Assembly: GCA_043778255.1 (NCBI GenBank)
Contig: JAYWGN010000054.1
Coordinates: 73,613 to 137,612 of the forward strand
Direction: 5' to 3'
Source: Chitinophagaceae bacterium
Lineage (GTDB): Bacteria > Bacteroidota > Bacteroidia > Chitinophagales > Chitinophagaceae
DNA length: 64,000 nucleotides
Below are positions 1 through 9,816 of the stretch, in pieces; positions within the stretch are counted from its first letter, which is position 1; each line of letters begins with the position of its first letter. The translations under genes and the position numbers were made by a program. The notes beneath the pieces were generated by a model. It did not search any database. It worked only from the letters and a program-made list of their open reading frames with translations, and was not told the DNA's origin.

Positions 1-2
1 AT

Positions 3-27
3 AAAACCAACTAGAAGTTGGTTTTAG
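3..27. terminator. Hairpin (aaaaccaact-aga-agttggtttt) flanked by A/T runs; probable bidirectional rho-independent terminator downstream of the minus-strand gene ending at 157
   Basis: Perfect 9-10 bp inverted repeat with a 3-nt loop, followed by T-run on + strand and preceded by its complement for the - strand. Confidence 0.5.
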
Positions 28-156
28 TAACAATTAGTAAAACGTGGTTATGCCTTATTGTTAATCCTACCACTTACGTCCTAAACGGCTTTTTACCGAA
101 CATTATATAAAGCAAATATAGTTTTATTTTCATTTAACTAGCTTAAAAGCTAACCC

Positions 157-3100
157 CTACAACACTTTAAACTCCTTAAATAAATTTATTTTATTAGTTT
201 CTATTAGGGTTTGATAAGCTTTCCACTTAGTGGCAAAAAAGTTATTTATTTTTGTAACCGATTCGGCTATTTTTGCTTCAGCTTTGGTTACTAGCAATTC
301 TTCTTGCACTGTTGGTGCAGCATTTTTACCATTTATATAACCATTTGCTTCTTGCAGGGTGGTGAGTACAGTTTCTACTGGTATTTGGCCATAGCCTTGT
401 CGTTCTATTTTTTTACCACTTACAAAGTCTCGTATTTCCTTTATGGCATCTTGTATTTTTTTGCTTTGTTTACGTAAGCTATCGGCAGTGTTGCCTTCTA
501 CATCTTTTAATTGTGCTTCTTGTTTTTTTGCTATTTCCTCAGCATCGGTTAATTGGTCAAGTCCATTGGTAAGTTTTTCGCTACTTTTTTGTAGTCGTTT
601 ATTCAGTACTTTTTGAGCTATTCTAATGCTGCTATTATCGGGTACTCTTGGGTCGGGTTTTATGGTTATGTAGCTACTATCCATTTGTTTTTTGTAGGTA
701 AGTACTACCTTATATGTTCCAGGTAGTACTTTATCACCACCACGTTCGGGGTCGTTTGGCTTTGGCTTGGGTGAGCCTGGGTAGCGGTAGCCTTTTTCAT
801 CCATATTCCAGTATTTTTTGTTGTAGCCAGTATCCACAGCCCATTTAAGGGTACGTATTTGTTCGTTTTGCGGGTTATAAATTTTTGCGGTTACGCTATC
901 GATACCAGCACCCACTTTCCCCCCAGAGCCCCCCTGCCCCCCAAAGCCCCCCTGCCCCCCAAGGGGGGTTCTTGAATCGTTTAACTTTGAAGAGTCGTTT
1001 GTATTTACATTATTTTTTATAGTATTAATCTCATTGATATTTTTTGGTGTTGCCAAACTCTCCGCCTTAGGCGGAGTTATGGGACTTTTTGGGAGGTTTA
1101 CATAAAAATTAACTGTAGCGGCATTTGTTTTATTATCGGCATTCCATACACCCCAAGTACTCCACTCGTAGCCGGGTGCATTGCGGTAGGTAACGTCATA
1201 AGCATCGTTATTGGTAAAGGCAGTAAGTTTGGTGGGCAGCGTACCATTTTGCGAAGCTACATAACGCAGTGGCCGTATATTGTCCAATATATAAATGGCA
1301 CGGCCAAATGTGGCTATACACAAATCGGCTTCACGTTCCTGTAGGGCAAGGTCGTAAGTGCTTACACTAGGGTAACCATTTTTATATTGTTGAAACGTAG
1401 CTGCATTATCTAAACTAATCCACAGCCCTTGCTCTGTACCTACAAATATGAGGTTGGGGGTTGTGGGGTCCTGCAGCACACAAAGGGCATAGCCTTTTAT
1501 ATTTTTATTTTGCAAAATGTTGACCCAAGTACTACCATAATTGGTAGTGCGGTATATAGTACTTGCAAAGTTGCCACGGCGGTAATCGTTAGCTACCACA
1601 AAAGCCTCAGCAGCATTGTACCTACTGGCTTTTACCTGTGGCAACCAACTACCTTTTGTAAGCCCAGTTATATTTTTACTAAGGTTGGTCCATGTACTAC
1701 CTCCATCTTTGGTGAGTTGTACATTACCATCGTCGGTAGTTACCCATATAATGTTAGCATTTAATTGGCTTGGCTCTATAGCCAGTATGGTGCAGTGGTT
1801 TTCGGCACCTGTTATGTCTATACTTATTCCCCCGTTTTTAGTTTGGTCTATTTGGGTACTATCGTTATTGGTAAGGTCGGGGCTTGTGGTGGTCCAGCTA
1901 GCACCTTTGTTGGTACTTTTGTGTACAAACTGGCTACCGTAGTATATTGTTTTTTTATCTGTTGGGTGCTGGGCTATAGCGGCATTCCAGTTAAATCTTA
2001 ACCTATCTTTATTAATGGTATTTGCTACACTTGGCGGTTGTATATCCCAGTTTTCGCCAGTGGTTACATTGTACCTACCTACATTGCCACCTTGGCTCAT
2101 AGCATATACCCAATTAGCATCTTCAGCATCAGGCATTACATCAAATCCATCGCCACCCCACAGGCTTTCCCAATAGTAGTTTTTAAGGCCACTTTGGCTC
2201 CAAGTATAAGCTGGGCCACGCCAACTACCATTGTCTTGCATACCACCCATTACGTTGTAGGGTAATTCGTTATCTACATTTATATGGTAAAATTGACCAA
2301 CTGGCAACTTCTCATCAAACATCCAAGTTTTACCACGGTCTCTTGTAATACCTATACCACCGTCGTTACCATCTATTATATAATTGGGGTCGTTGGGGTG
2401 TATCCAAAAGGCGTGGTGATCGGGGTGTATACCGCTGTAGGGTATTACGGTTTTAAATGTACGGCCACCATCTTCGCTCATACTTACGGTTTGGTTTATA
2501 AGCCATAGTCTATTTTCATTTTGTGGATCAGCTATTATATCTTGAAAATAAAAACTTCGGTTGGCAGTATATTGAGGGTCTTCATTTACTTTTTCCCATT
2601 TAGTACCTCCATCATCGCTACGGTATAAAGCACTTTTGGTGCTTTCAATAAGTGCATATACACGGCTAGGCATATTGTGGCATATAGCCAACCCAATACG
2701 GCCGTAAGGCATTGCAGGTAAGCCATTGCCCGGTGCTTCAGTTTGTATAGCCAAGTTTTTCCAAGTACTGCCACCATCTGTAGTTACATACAAGCCACTA
2801 CCGCTACCACCACTGCTAAAGCTATACGGAGTACGGTTGTGTTGCCACATGGCCGCATATATTTTATTCGGGTTTTTTGGGTCCATTATCATATCGGCAA
2901 TGCCACTGGTATCGTTGGTATATAATATTTTGTTCCAAGTAGTACCGCCATCCATTGTTTTGTACACACCACGGTCGGGGTGTATGCCGTAAGGGTTGCC
3001 TATAGCACCAGCATATACTATATTGGGGTTGGTAGGGTCTATTATTACTCGGTGTATATTTCTAGTTTTTTCGAGCCCCATACATTTCCAAGTTTTACCA

Positions 3101-3477
3101 GCATCTAGGCTTTTGTAAATGCCTTCGCCAAGGCTTACGGAGTTACGAGGGTTACCCTCGCCAGTACCTACCCACACTATACTAGGGTTGCTTTGGCATA
3201 TAGCAATGCTGCCGATGTTTTGTATGGATTGTTCGTCAAATATGGGTGTCCAGTTATTCCCAGCATTTTCGGTTTTCCATAAACCGCCACTTGCCGAACC
3301 TAGGTATATAGTATTGGGGTCGCCGTGTAACGCATCAATAGTAGTAATGCGGCCACTCATTCCACTTGGGCCAATGGCACGTGGTTTTAGGTTTTTAAAA
3401 TCTTTTGCTAAGTTTACATTTTGGGCAAATGCATTTGCCCCCATTAAAATAAAAAAAAGGGTATACCGTAACTTCAT
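157..3477 (-). CDS. Secreted BNR/Sortilin(VPS10)-repeat glycosidase-like protein with C-terminal Gly-rich linker and coiled-coil tail
   Basis: 1106-aa ORF. N-terminal signal peptide (MKLRYTLFFILMGANAFAQ). Many S-x-D-x-G-x-T-W (BNR/Asp-box) repeats such as SLDAGKTW, TMDGGTTW, TTDGGSTW, SDDGGTKW, SEDGGRTF, TRDRGKTW and TKDGGSTW. GGQGGFGGQGGSGG linker. Confidence 0.65.
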   Translation of the reverse strand: MKLRYTLFFILMGANAFAQNVNLAKDFKNLKPRAIGPSGMSGRITTIDALHGDPNTIYLGSASGGLWKTENAGNNWTPIFDEQSIQNIGSIAICQSNPSIVWVGTGEGNPRNSVSLGEGIYKSLDAGKTWKCMGLEKTRNIHRVIIDPTNPNIVYAGAIGNPYGIHPDRGVYKTMDGGTTWNKILYTNDTSGIADMIMDPKNPNKIYAAMWQHNRTPYSFSSGGSGSGLYVTTDGGSTWKNLAIQTEAPGNGLPAMPYGRIGLAICHNMPSRVYALIESTKSALYRSDDGGTKWEKVNEDPQYTANRSFYFQDIIADPQNENRLWLINQTVSMSEDGGRTFKTVIPYSGIHPDHHAFWIHPNDPNYIIDGNDGGIGITRDRGKTWMFDEKLPVGQFYHINVDNELPYNVMGGMQDNGSWRGPAYTWSQSGLKNYYWESLWGGDGFDVMPDAEDANWVYAMSQGGNVGRYNVTTGENWDIQPPSVANTINKDRLRFNWNAAIAQHPTDKKTIYYGSQFVHKSTNKGASWTTTSPDLTNNDSTQIDQTKNGGISIDITGAENHCTILAIEPSQLNANIIWVTTDDGNVQLTKDGGSTWTNLSKNITGLTKGSWLPQVKASRYNAAEAFVVANDYRRGNFASTIYRTTNYGSTWVNILQNKNIKGYALCVLQDPTTPNLIFVGTEQGLWISLDNAATFQQYKNGYPSVSTYDLALQEREADLCIATFGRAIYILDNIRPLRYVASQNGTLPTKLTAFTNNDAYDVTYRNAPGYEWSTWGVWNADNKTNAATVNFYVNLPKSPITPPKAESLATPKNINEINTIKNNVNTNDSSKLNDSRTPLGGQGGFGGQGGSGGKVGAGIDSVTAKIYNPQNEQIRTLKWAVDTGYNKKYWNMDEKGYRYPGSPKPKPNDPERGGDKVLPGTYKVVLTYKKQMDSSYITIKPDPRVPDNSSIRIAQKVLNKRLQKSSEKLTNGLDQLTDAEEIAKKQEAQLKDVEGNTADSLRKQSKKIQDAIKEIRDFVSGKKIERQGYGQIPVETVLTTLQEANGYINGKNAAPTVQEELLVTKAEAKIAESVTKINNFFATKWKAYQTLIETNKINLFKEFKVL

Positions 3478-3591
3478 AAGTACATAATTTGAAGTGTAAT
3501 TTACAACATGTATAGTATATAATTAGTAAAAATGATAATTGGCAAATGCAAATATTTTAATTGTATTTTTATGTAAAATAAAACCAACATT

Positions 3592-3825
3592 ATGTGGCAA
3601 ACAATAGACAATAAATTATACCAAAAGTACGAGTTTAAAAACTTTAGTGAAGCTTTTGCATTTATAACAAGAGTAGCTATAGCAGCCGAAAAAGCCGACC
3701 ACCACCCCACTTTTACCAATACATACAACAAGGTAGAAATTTGGCTTTGCACCCACGACAATGGCAATGTAATAACCGAAAAAGACAGGGCGTTAGCAAA
3801 GCAAATAGATGGTATATTGAGTTAG
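3592..3825 (+). CDS. 4a-hydroxytetrahydrobiopterin (pterin-4a-carbinolamine) dehydratase
   Basis: 77 aa; conserved PCD/DCoH motif E-x-HHP-x(5-6)-V-x(3)-THD (EKADHHPTFTNTYNKVEIWLCTHD). Confidence 0.8.
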   Translation: MWQTIDNKLYQKYEFKNFSEAFAFITRVAIAAEKADHHPTFTNTYNKVEIWLCTHDNGNVITEKDRALAKQIDGILS

Positions 3826-3899
3826 TGGTGGGGTTGTTGTTGGGGGTTGTAATATGCAATTTTTATTTCCGAAATGATAAAAAATTATAACTTTACGTT

Positions 3900-4901
3900 A
3901 TGATAGAAACCCAAATAGACAGTTTAAAAGATTATAAATACATCGACCTCTTTGCAGGTATTGGCGGATTTCATTATGCATTAAAATCTTTTGGAGCTAA
4001 ATGTGTTTTTGCTTCTGAATGGGACAGTTATGCCTCTAATACTTACTATAGAAACCATAACCTAAAACCAAGTGGTGACATAACTCAAATTGAAGAAGAT
4101 AGCATACCAAAACATGATATTATTTGTGGTGGCTTTCCTTGTCAAGCATTCTCAATTTCGGGGAAACAGAAGGGTTTTGAAGATACAAGAGGAACATTGT
4201 TTTTTGATATAGCAAGGATAATAAATAAACATACACCTAAAGTTTTATTTTTAGAAAATGTAAAAAATTTAATTAAGCACGATAATGGCAGAACAATAAT
4301 TACTATTATCAATTCGCTTAAAGAAATTGGGTATAACGTACATTACAAAGTACTGAATGCAAGTAATTTTGGGCTTCCACAAAATAGAGAAAGGGTTTAT
4401 ATTGTTGGCTTTCATAAATCATTGAAATCAGAGAATTTTCAATTTCCTAAGTTATACAATACTAAAGTTTCTTTATTAGACATATTAGAAGAAAACCCAA
4501 AAAACACTAAGATAGTAGAACGTGATGACATTCAAATTTATAAAGAAATTTTACCAACTAAATCACTGTTTGAAGATATTGAATTATTAAATAAACCTAT
4601 ACAAATAGGTAAAGTAAACAAAGGTGGTCAGGGCGAACGAATATATCACCCCTTTGGACACTCAATCACCTTATCAGCTTATGGTGGTGGCATTGGTGCA
4701 AAAACAGGATTATATTTGATTAAAGGTAAAGTAAGAAAATTGAGTACTAGAGAATGTGCTAGGCTTCAAGGATTTCCTGAAGATTTCATAATAAATCCAA
4801 TACAAACTCAGGCATACAAACAGTTTGGAAATAGTGTATCTATAAATGTACTTCAACATATTTTGAAACAAATAACTAGTGTACTAAAAGATAATGAATA
4901 A
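3900..4901 (+). CDS. DNA (cytosine-5)-methyltransferase (Dcm family; Type II R-M modification subunit, M.HpaII-like by recollection)
   Basis: Motif I FAGIGGF, motif IV GGFPCQAFS, motif VI ENV, motif VIII QNRERVYIVG, motif X QFGNSV. Codon usage is more AT-rich than the neighbouring genes. Confidence 0.9.
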   Translation: MIETQIDSLKDYKYIDLFAGIGGFHYALKSFGAKCVFASEWDSYASNTYYRNHNLKPSGDITQIEEDSIPKHDIICGGFPCQAFSISGKQKGFEDTRGTLFFDIARIINKHTPKVLFLENVKNLIKHDNGRTIITIINSLKEIGYNVHYKVLNASNFGLPQNRERVYIVGFHKSLKSENFQFPKLYNTKVSLLDILEENPKNTKIVERDDIQIYKEILPTKSLFEDIELLNKPIQIGKVNKGGQGERIYHPFGHSITLSAYGGGIGAKTGLYLIKGKVRKLSTRECARLQGFPEDFIINPIQTQAYKQFGNSVSINVLQHILKQITSVLKDNE

Positions 4902-5643
4902 AGAACAATTATTAGGTTCACAAACTGCAAAAAATGGATTTATTAATGAAGATGATATTGTTAATAAATTTAATGATTGGGAAAATGATGACGATGCAAA
5001 AAAATGGCTGTCAATCATGCAATACAAATTAAAAGATATTGAATTTGTAAGAGCAATTAAATTGAGTGGTTTTAAAACTGATATTCAAGCACAAGTTACA
5101 ATTAAGTTAAAAAATGCAATAGATCTTCAAAATATACAAGTAAAATTAGTTAGTAATTTAAAAGGGTTTAATCAAATTGATAAGAGATGGGTAGCTAAGT
5201 ACATTGATATGTGGAATATTCCAAAAAAAATTGTTTCCATTTTAAAAAGATATACGGGAGAAATTTTACCTACTATTTTGAATCCCAAAGACAAACGAAG
5301 AATGTTTGCATACGAGTTTGACAAAAAGGAACAATCTTTAATTTTGAAATGGTTAAATGAGAACAAAGCTCTAATTGTAGCAGACATATTAAAAGGCAGG
5401 GGACAATTTGCAGCAGAATGGACTCTTGTTGCACAAAAACTAAACACTAACTCAAGATGGGTACTTAAGCCAATGAATTTTTGTATGAATTATTTTGGAA
5501 ATGGTAATATAGAAATTACTAAAAGAGGTAATTTTAAAATTGGTAGAATAACGATGCAACGTAAAGGTGGCGACGGAGGAAGAAATACTGCAAACATGTT
5601 ACAATTTAAGCTCAACCCTGCCGAATTATTTGACAGCGAATAA
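4894..5643 (+). CDS. Putative Type II restriction endonuclease (cognate of upstream C5-MTase); possibly MspI/HpaII-like (CCGG) - unverified
   Basis: 249-aa ORF overlapping the MTase stop by 8 nt (ATGAATAA), same strand and operon. No recognisable housekeeping domain, and the position is typical of an R subunit. C-terminal ...GGDGGRNTANMLQFK resembles my recollection of the R.MspI C-terminus. Confidence 0.45.
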   Translation: MNKEQLLGSQTAKNGFINEDDIVNKFNDWENDDDAKKWLSIMQYKLKDIEFVRAIKLSGFKTDIQAQVTIKLKNAIDLQNIQVKLVSNLKGFNQIDKRWVAKYIDMWNIPKKIVSILKRYTGEILPTILNPKDKRRMFAYEFDKKEQSLILKWLNENKALIVADILKGRGQFAAEWTLVAQKLNTNSRWVLKPMNFCMNYFGNGNIEITKRGNFKIGRITMQRKGGDGGRNTANMLQFKLNPAELFDSE

Positions 5644-5720
5644 ATAAACTGGAAATAATTATTGGTTATACTTAATAACTAATGTTATAATAAGTAAGTG
5701 AAACGTAAAAAAATACCTCA

Positions 5721-6500
5721 CTACCCCAACCTAAACTTATCCGCATCACCTAAAAAAGGAAATTTTTTTCTTATAGCTTCTACTTCGCTTATATGTAGTG
5801 TAATGGTGGCTAGTACTTCGTCATCGGCTTTGTGGTACAGCATTTCGCCTAACGGCGATACTACCATACTATTACCACTATGGTACGTACCATTACCATC
5901 GTACCCTACACGGTTTACAGCCACTACATAGCATTGGTTTTCTATAGCACGGGCTACAAGCAGTGCTTTCCAAGCTGCACTACGTACCTCTGGCCAATTG
6001 GCTACATACAACAATACATGGTACTGCAAAGCAGTAGTAGTTGGTTGCCTTGCCCATACAGGGAAACGTAAATCGTAACAAACCTGGCAGTTAAATACCA
6101 ACCCATTAAGTGTAGTAAACAGTTGGGTAGTACCTGCTGTGTAATGTTGGTTTTCGTTGCCTAAGCCAAACAAATGTTTCTTATCATAATACTGTACTTG
6201 GCCACTGGGTGGCATCCAAATAAAACGGTTATAATAATTTTGATTTTCATGTATAATTATACTGCCACATAATACTGCTTTAGTTGCAATAGCCATTTGT
6301 TGCATCCATTGTATAGTACTACCAGTCATAGTTTCGGCATAAGTGGCTGCCTCCATTGTAAAGCCTGTTGTAAACATTTCGGGTAGTACTATTAAGTGTG
6401 TTGTTTCTTTTATTTGAGCTATTTTATGGGTAAACATAGCTAGGTTTGCGGCTTTATTTTGCCAATGCAAATTGGCCTGTATAATAGTAATGTTATGCAA
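5721..6500 (-). CDS. Carbon-nitrogen hydrolase family protein (nitrilase/omega-amidase-like)
   Basis: 259 aa. N-terminal IIQANLHW...LIVLPEMFTTGF (catalytic Glu), later FNCQVCYDLRFP (catalytic Cys), typical of the CN-hydrolase E-K-C triad. Confidence 0.8.
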   Translation of the reverse strand: MHNITIIQANLHWQNKAANLAMFTHKIAQIKETTHLIVLPEMFTTGFTMEAATYAETMTGSTIQWMQQMAIATKAVLCGSIIIHENQNYYNRFIWMPPSGQVQYYDKKHLFGLGNENQHYTAGTTQLFTTLNGLVFNCQVCYDLRFPVWARQPTTTALQYHVLLYVANWPEVRSAAWKALLVARAIENQCYVVAVNRVGYDGNGTYHSGNSMVVSPLGEMLYHKADDEVLATITLHISEVEAIRKKFPFLGDADKFRLG

Positions 6501-6683
6501 GGTATTATTGGTTAATGGTGTACTATTTTAAATTTGTGATTTCATGCCTTTATAAAAATAACATTTTGCAAATACCTATACATGAAATCATTTTTATTTT
6601 AGCCCAAAGGGCGAAAAAAATAATAGCCATATAAATATTTATATAAGCAAAGTAAGGGTTTAACTTTAATTTTACAATATAAT

Positions 6684-8615
6684 ATGAAACTTAAACGAAC
6701 CTACGCCAAACTATTACATAGCCGCTATGGCAGTGCCTTACTGTTGCTTAGTATATTTATAGTATTTAGTACTATTACAAGGTTGGTGCTAACCTGCATA
6801 TCGCTACCAAGGGTGGAGTATAATGTAATTAATATTGTAGCCGCATTTGGTATTGGTTTATTTTACGATGTGGTGGCGGGTCTGTTTTTTGTTGCCTTAT
6901 TAATGCTGTATTTGTGGCTTTGCCCACACAAATTATTTATACAAAAATGGCATAAATATGTACTGTATGTATACTGTATTGTAAGCATGGTTATACTAGT
7001 ATTTAATAGTAGTGGCGAGGTAATTTTTTGGCAGGAGTATGGCAACCGATACGACTTTATAGCGGTGGATTACTTAATATATACTTACGAAGTTATCAAT
7101 AACATAATAGAGTCGTACCCAGTGTATTGGATACTTGCAGGGGTATTTGTAGTGGCGAGTGGGTTGTTTTATTTTGTAAAAAAATACCTCTACTTACCTA
7201 CTAAAGATACAAGGTTTGTAAAGCGAAGTGTAGTGTTTATCGTATATGCAGCTTTATGCTTTACCAATTATAAATTGCTTACCAATAGCTTTCGGTTTTT
7301 TAGCAACAATGCCTACAGCAATGAGTTAGCGGCCAATGGTTTGTACGAATTTGGTACTGCTTACTTTGCCAATAGTATTGATTATGCTAAAAAATATGTA
7401 ACTATAAATGATACTACGGCATTTAATTTATTGAAAAATAACCTATTTACTAAGGAAGCTACTTATACTACCAACCAGCTATATAACCTTAGTAGAGTTA
7501 TAAAAGCTGATACGGCCACCAAGCCTTATAATGTAGTGCTTATAAGTGTGGAAAGCCTCAGTGCTAGCTTTATGCAATACTTTGGTAGCAATAAAAATAT
7601 GACACCATTTATGGATTCGCTTATACCGAATAGTATGTTTTGTAGTAACTTATATGCAACCGGAACCCGTACGGTGAGGGGCTTAGAGGCCCTATCGTTA
7701 GCTATACCACCTACACCTGGGCAAAGCATTGTGCGGCGACCAAATAATGAAAATATGTTTACCATCGGTAATTTGCTTAGTTCCAAAGGCTATGATTGTA
7801 GGTATATATATGGGGGCAATTCTTTTTTTGATAATATGGGTCCTTACTTTAGCAGCAACGGTTATAAGGTGGTGGACAGTAGAGATTTTACGGCAGCCGA
7901 AACCACATTTACTACAGCATGGGGTGCATGTGACGAAGATATATTTAACAAAGCCATAAAGGAATGTGATGCAAGTTATAGCAACCAAAAATTATTTTAC
8001 AACCATGTAATGACGGTGAGCAACCATAGGCCATTTACATTTCCCAAAGGGAAAATAACTAGCTACAACCCCGATAACCACACAAGAGAAGGTGCAGTAG
8101 CCTATACCGATTGGGCCATTGGCAACTTTATACACCAAGCACAAAGTAAGCCTTGGTTTGTCAACACTATATTTGTAATAGTAGCCGACCACTGTGCTAG
8201 TGCAGCGGGCAAAGTAGCCTTACCTGTAACGGGCTACCATATACCTGCACTTATATATGCACCCAACCTTGTACCGCCAAGTATAATGAATAGGCTTATG
8301 AGCCAAATAGATATAATACCTACACTACTAGGTATTATGAATATAAACTACACTAGTAAATTTATGGGGTACAATATGCTGCAACTGGAGCCTGGCCGTG
8401 AAAGAGCCTTTATAAGCACTTATACCAAAATGGGTTATATAAAACACGATACATTGGTAATACTAGAACCTAAAAAAACGGCCGAAACCTACAAGCCCAA
8501 CTTTACTACAGGTACTGCCACACTATTGCAGCCCGATAGTGGCTTGATAAAAGAAGCCATAAGTTGGTACCAAATGGCCAATTATTTTTATAAAAAAAAG
8601 CTGTACGGTAAGTAA
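6684..8615 (+). CDS. LTA synthase / sulfatase-family membrane protein (phosphoglycerol or phosphoethanolamine transferase-like)
   Basis: 643 aa; about five N-terminal TM helices followed by an alkaline-phosphatase/sulfatase fold (VVLISVESLSASF ... HRPF ... VADHCAS). Confidence 0.7.
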   Translation: MKLKRTYAKLLHSRYGSALLLLSIFIVFSTITRLVLTCISLPRVEYNVINIVAAFGIGLFYDVVAGLFFVALLMLYLWLCPHKLFIQKWHKYVLYVYCIVSMVILVFNSSGEVIFWQEYGNRYDFIAVDYLIYTYEVINNIIESYPVYWILAGVFVVASGLFYFVKKYLYLPTKDTRFVKRSVVFIVYAALCFTNYKLLTNSFRFFSNNAYSNELAANGLYEFGTAYFANSIDYAKKYVTINDTTAFNLLKNNLFTKEATYTTNQLYNLSRVIKADTATKPYNVVLISVESLSASFMQYFGSNKNMTPFMDSLIPNSMFCSNLYATGTRTVRGLEALSLAIPPTPGQSIVRRPNNENMFTIGNLLSSKGYDCRYIYGGNSFFDNMGPYFSSNGYKVVDSRDFTAAETTFTTAWGACDEDIFNKAIKECDASYSNQKLFYNHVMTVSNHRPFTFPKGKITSYNPDNHTREGAVAYTDWAIGNFIHQAQSKPWFVNTIFVIVADHCASAAGKVALPVTGYHIPALIYAPNLVPPSIMNRLMSQIDIIPTLLGIMNINYTSKFMGYNMLQLEPGRERAFISTYTKMGYIKHDTLVILEPKKTAETYKPNFTTGTATLLQPDSGLIKEAISWYQMANYFYKKKLYGK

Positions 8616-8638
8616 TTTTTTTAGTAAAATATTTGAAC

Positions 8639-8788
8639 TAACAACCATTAGTTTTGTTAAAATGGAGAGAGAAATATTAAAATTAGTGCCTTTAAATGCC
8701 GATATAACAAAATAAAAGTACAATAAGCTGAAAGCGAAATTGGACTTTAATATTTTGTATATACAGCATAACAACCATTAGTTTTGTT
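8639..8788. repeat. Pair of identical 20-bp direct repeats (taacaaccattagttttgtt) 130 bp apart in the paaA upstream region
   Basis: Exact copies at 8639-8658 and 8769-8788; each copy is itself partly palindromic (AACAA...TTGTT). Confidence 0.7.
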
Positions 8789-8811
8789 TAATTTTACATA
8801 AATACTGTATT

Positions 8812-9768
8812 ATGCAAGTACACAATTTGGAACAAATATTTGAAGATAAAATAACTAAGGAAATAAAAATAGAGCCAAAAGATTGGATGCCCGATGCTTA
8901 CCGCAAAACCAACATAAGGCAAATAAGCCAACATGCCCATAGCGAAATAGTAGGTATGCTACCCGAAGGCAATTGGATAAGCCGAGCACCTAGCCTTAAA
9001 CGTAAAGCTATACTTATAGCCAAAGTACAGGACGAAGCAGGGCATGGCCTATACCTATACAGCGCCGCCGAAACACTAGGCATAAGTAGAGACCAAATGA
9101 TAGCCGACCTTAATAGTGGCAAGGCCAAATACTCTAGTATATTTAACTACCCTACACTTACTTGGGCCGATATGGGCGCCGTAGGTTGGCTGGTAGATGG
9201 AGCTGCTATACTTAACCAAGTAATGCTGTGCCGTACTAGCTATGGCCCGTATGCAAGGGCAATGGTACGTATATGTAAGGAGGAGAGTTTTCACCAACGC
9301 CAAGGGTTTGAAACCCTACTAGTACTAAGCCGTGGTAGTGCCGAGCAAAAAGCAATGTGCCAAGATGCCATAAACCGTTGGTGGTGGCCTAGCCTAATGA
9401 TGTTTGGGCCCAAGGATAGTGAGAGTACCAATAGCGACCAAAGTATGCATTGGAAACTGAAACGTAAAACTAACGACGAACTACGACAACAGTTTATAGA
9501 TATGGCAGCCGAGCAAGTAAAAGTATTGGGTATGACCCTGCCCGATGCTGACCTCAAGTGGAACGAAACCCGCAAACATTATGATAGTGGTGCTATAAAC
9601 TGGGACGAATTTTGGGCGGTGGTAAAAGGCAACGGCCCTTGCAACCAACAACGACTAACAGCACGTAACAAAGCCCACAACGAAGGTGCTTGGGTACGTG
9701 AAGCTGCAAAAGCTTATGCAGCCAAGCAAGCCGCTAAAAGAAATTTGGAAGTGAGTAAGGTGGCGTAG
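8812..9768 (+). CDS. paaA: 1,2-phenylacetyl-CoA epoxidase subunit A (PaaA-like ferritin-fold diiron oxygenase)
   Basis: 318 aa; diiron ligand motifs KVQDEAGHG and ...EESFHQRQG; overall PaaA-like sequence. Confidence 0.75.
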   Translation: MQVHNLEQIFEDKITKEIKIEPKDWMPDAYRKTNIRQISQHAHSEIVGMLPEGNWISRAPSLKRKAILIAKVQDEAGHGLYLYSAAETLGISRDQMIADLNSGKAKYSSIFNYPTLTWADMGAVGWLVDGAAILNQVMLCRTSYGPYARAMVRICKEESFHQRQGFETLLVLSRGSAEQKAMCQDAINRWWWPSLMMFGPKDSESTNSDQSMHWKLKRKTNDELRQQFIDMAAEQVKVLGMTLPDADLKWNETRKHYDSGAINWDEFWAVVKGNGPCNQQRLTARNKAHNEGAWVREAAKAYAAKQAAKRNLEVSKVA

Positions 9769-9816
9769 GGTAATTCTTGTTGTAAGTTTCCTAATTTCAT
9801 AACTCAAAGCAATAGT

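Noticed and set aside
1429-3487. Many 60-120-aa ORFs on the + strand (1429-1764, 1616-1942, 1765-2001, 2038-2265, 2284-2508, 2726-2992, 3119-3487 and others) overlapping the 1106-aa minus-strand gene
   Set aside because: They are entirely embedded antisense to a long, motif-rich CDS. They are hydrophobic or low-complexity translations typical of antisense frames in AT-rich DNA. None has a motif.
3501-3767. 88-aa minus-strand ORF overlapping the pterin dehydratase gene
   Set aside because: It is hydrophobic and low-complexity and lies antisense to a motif-verified CDS.
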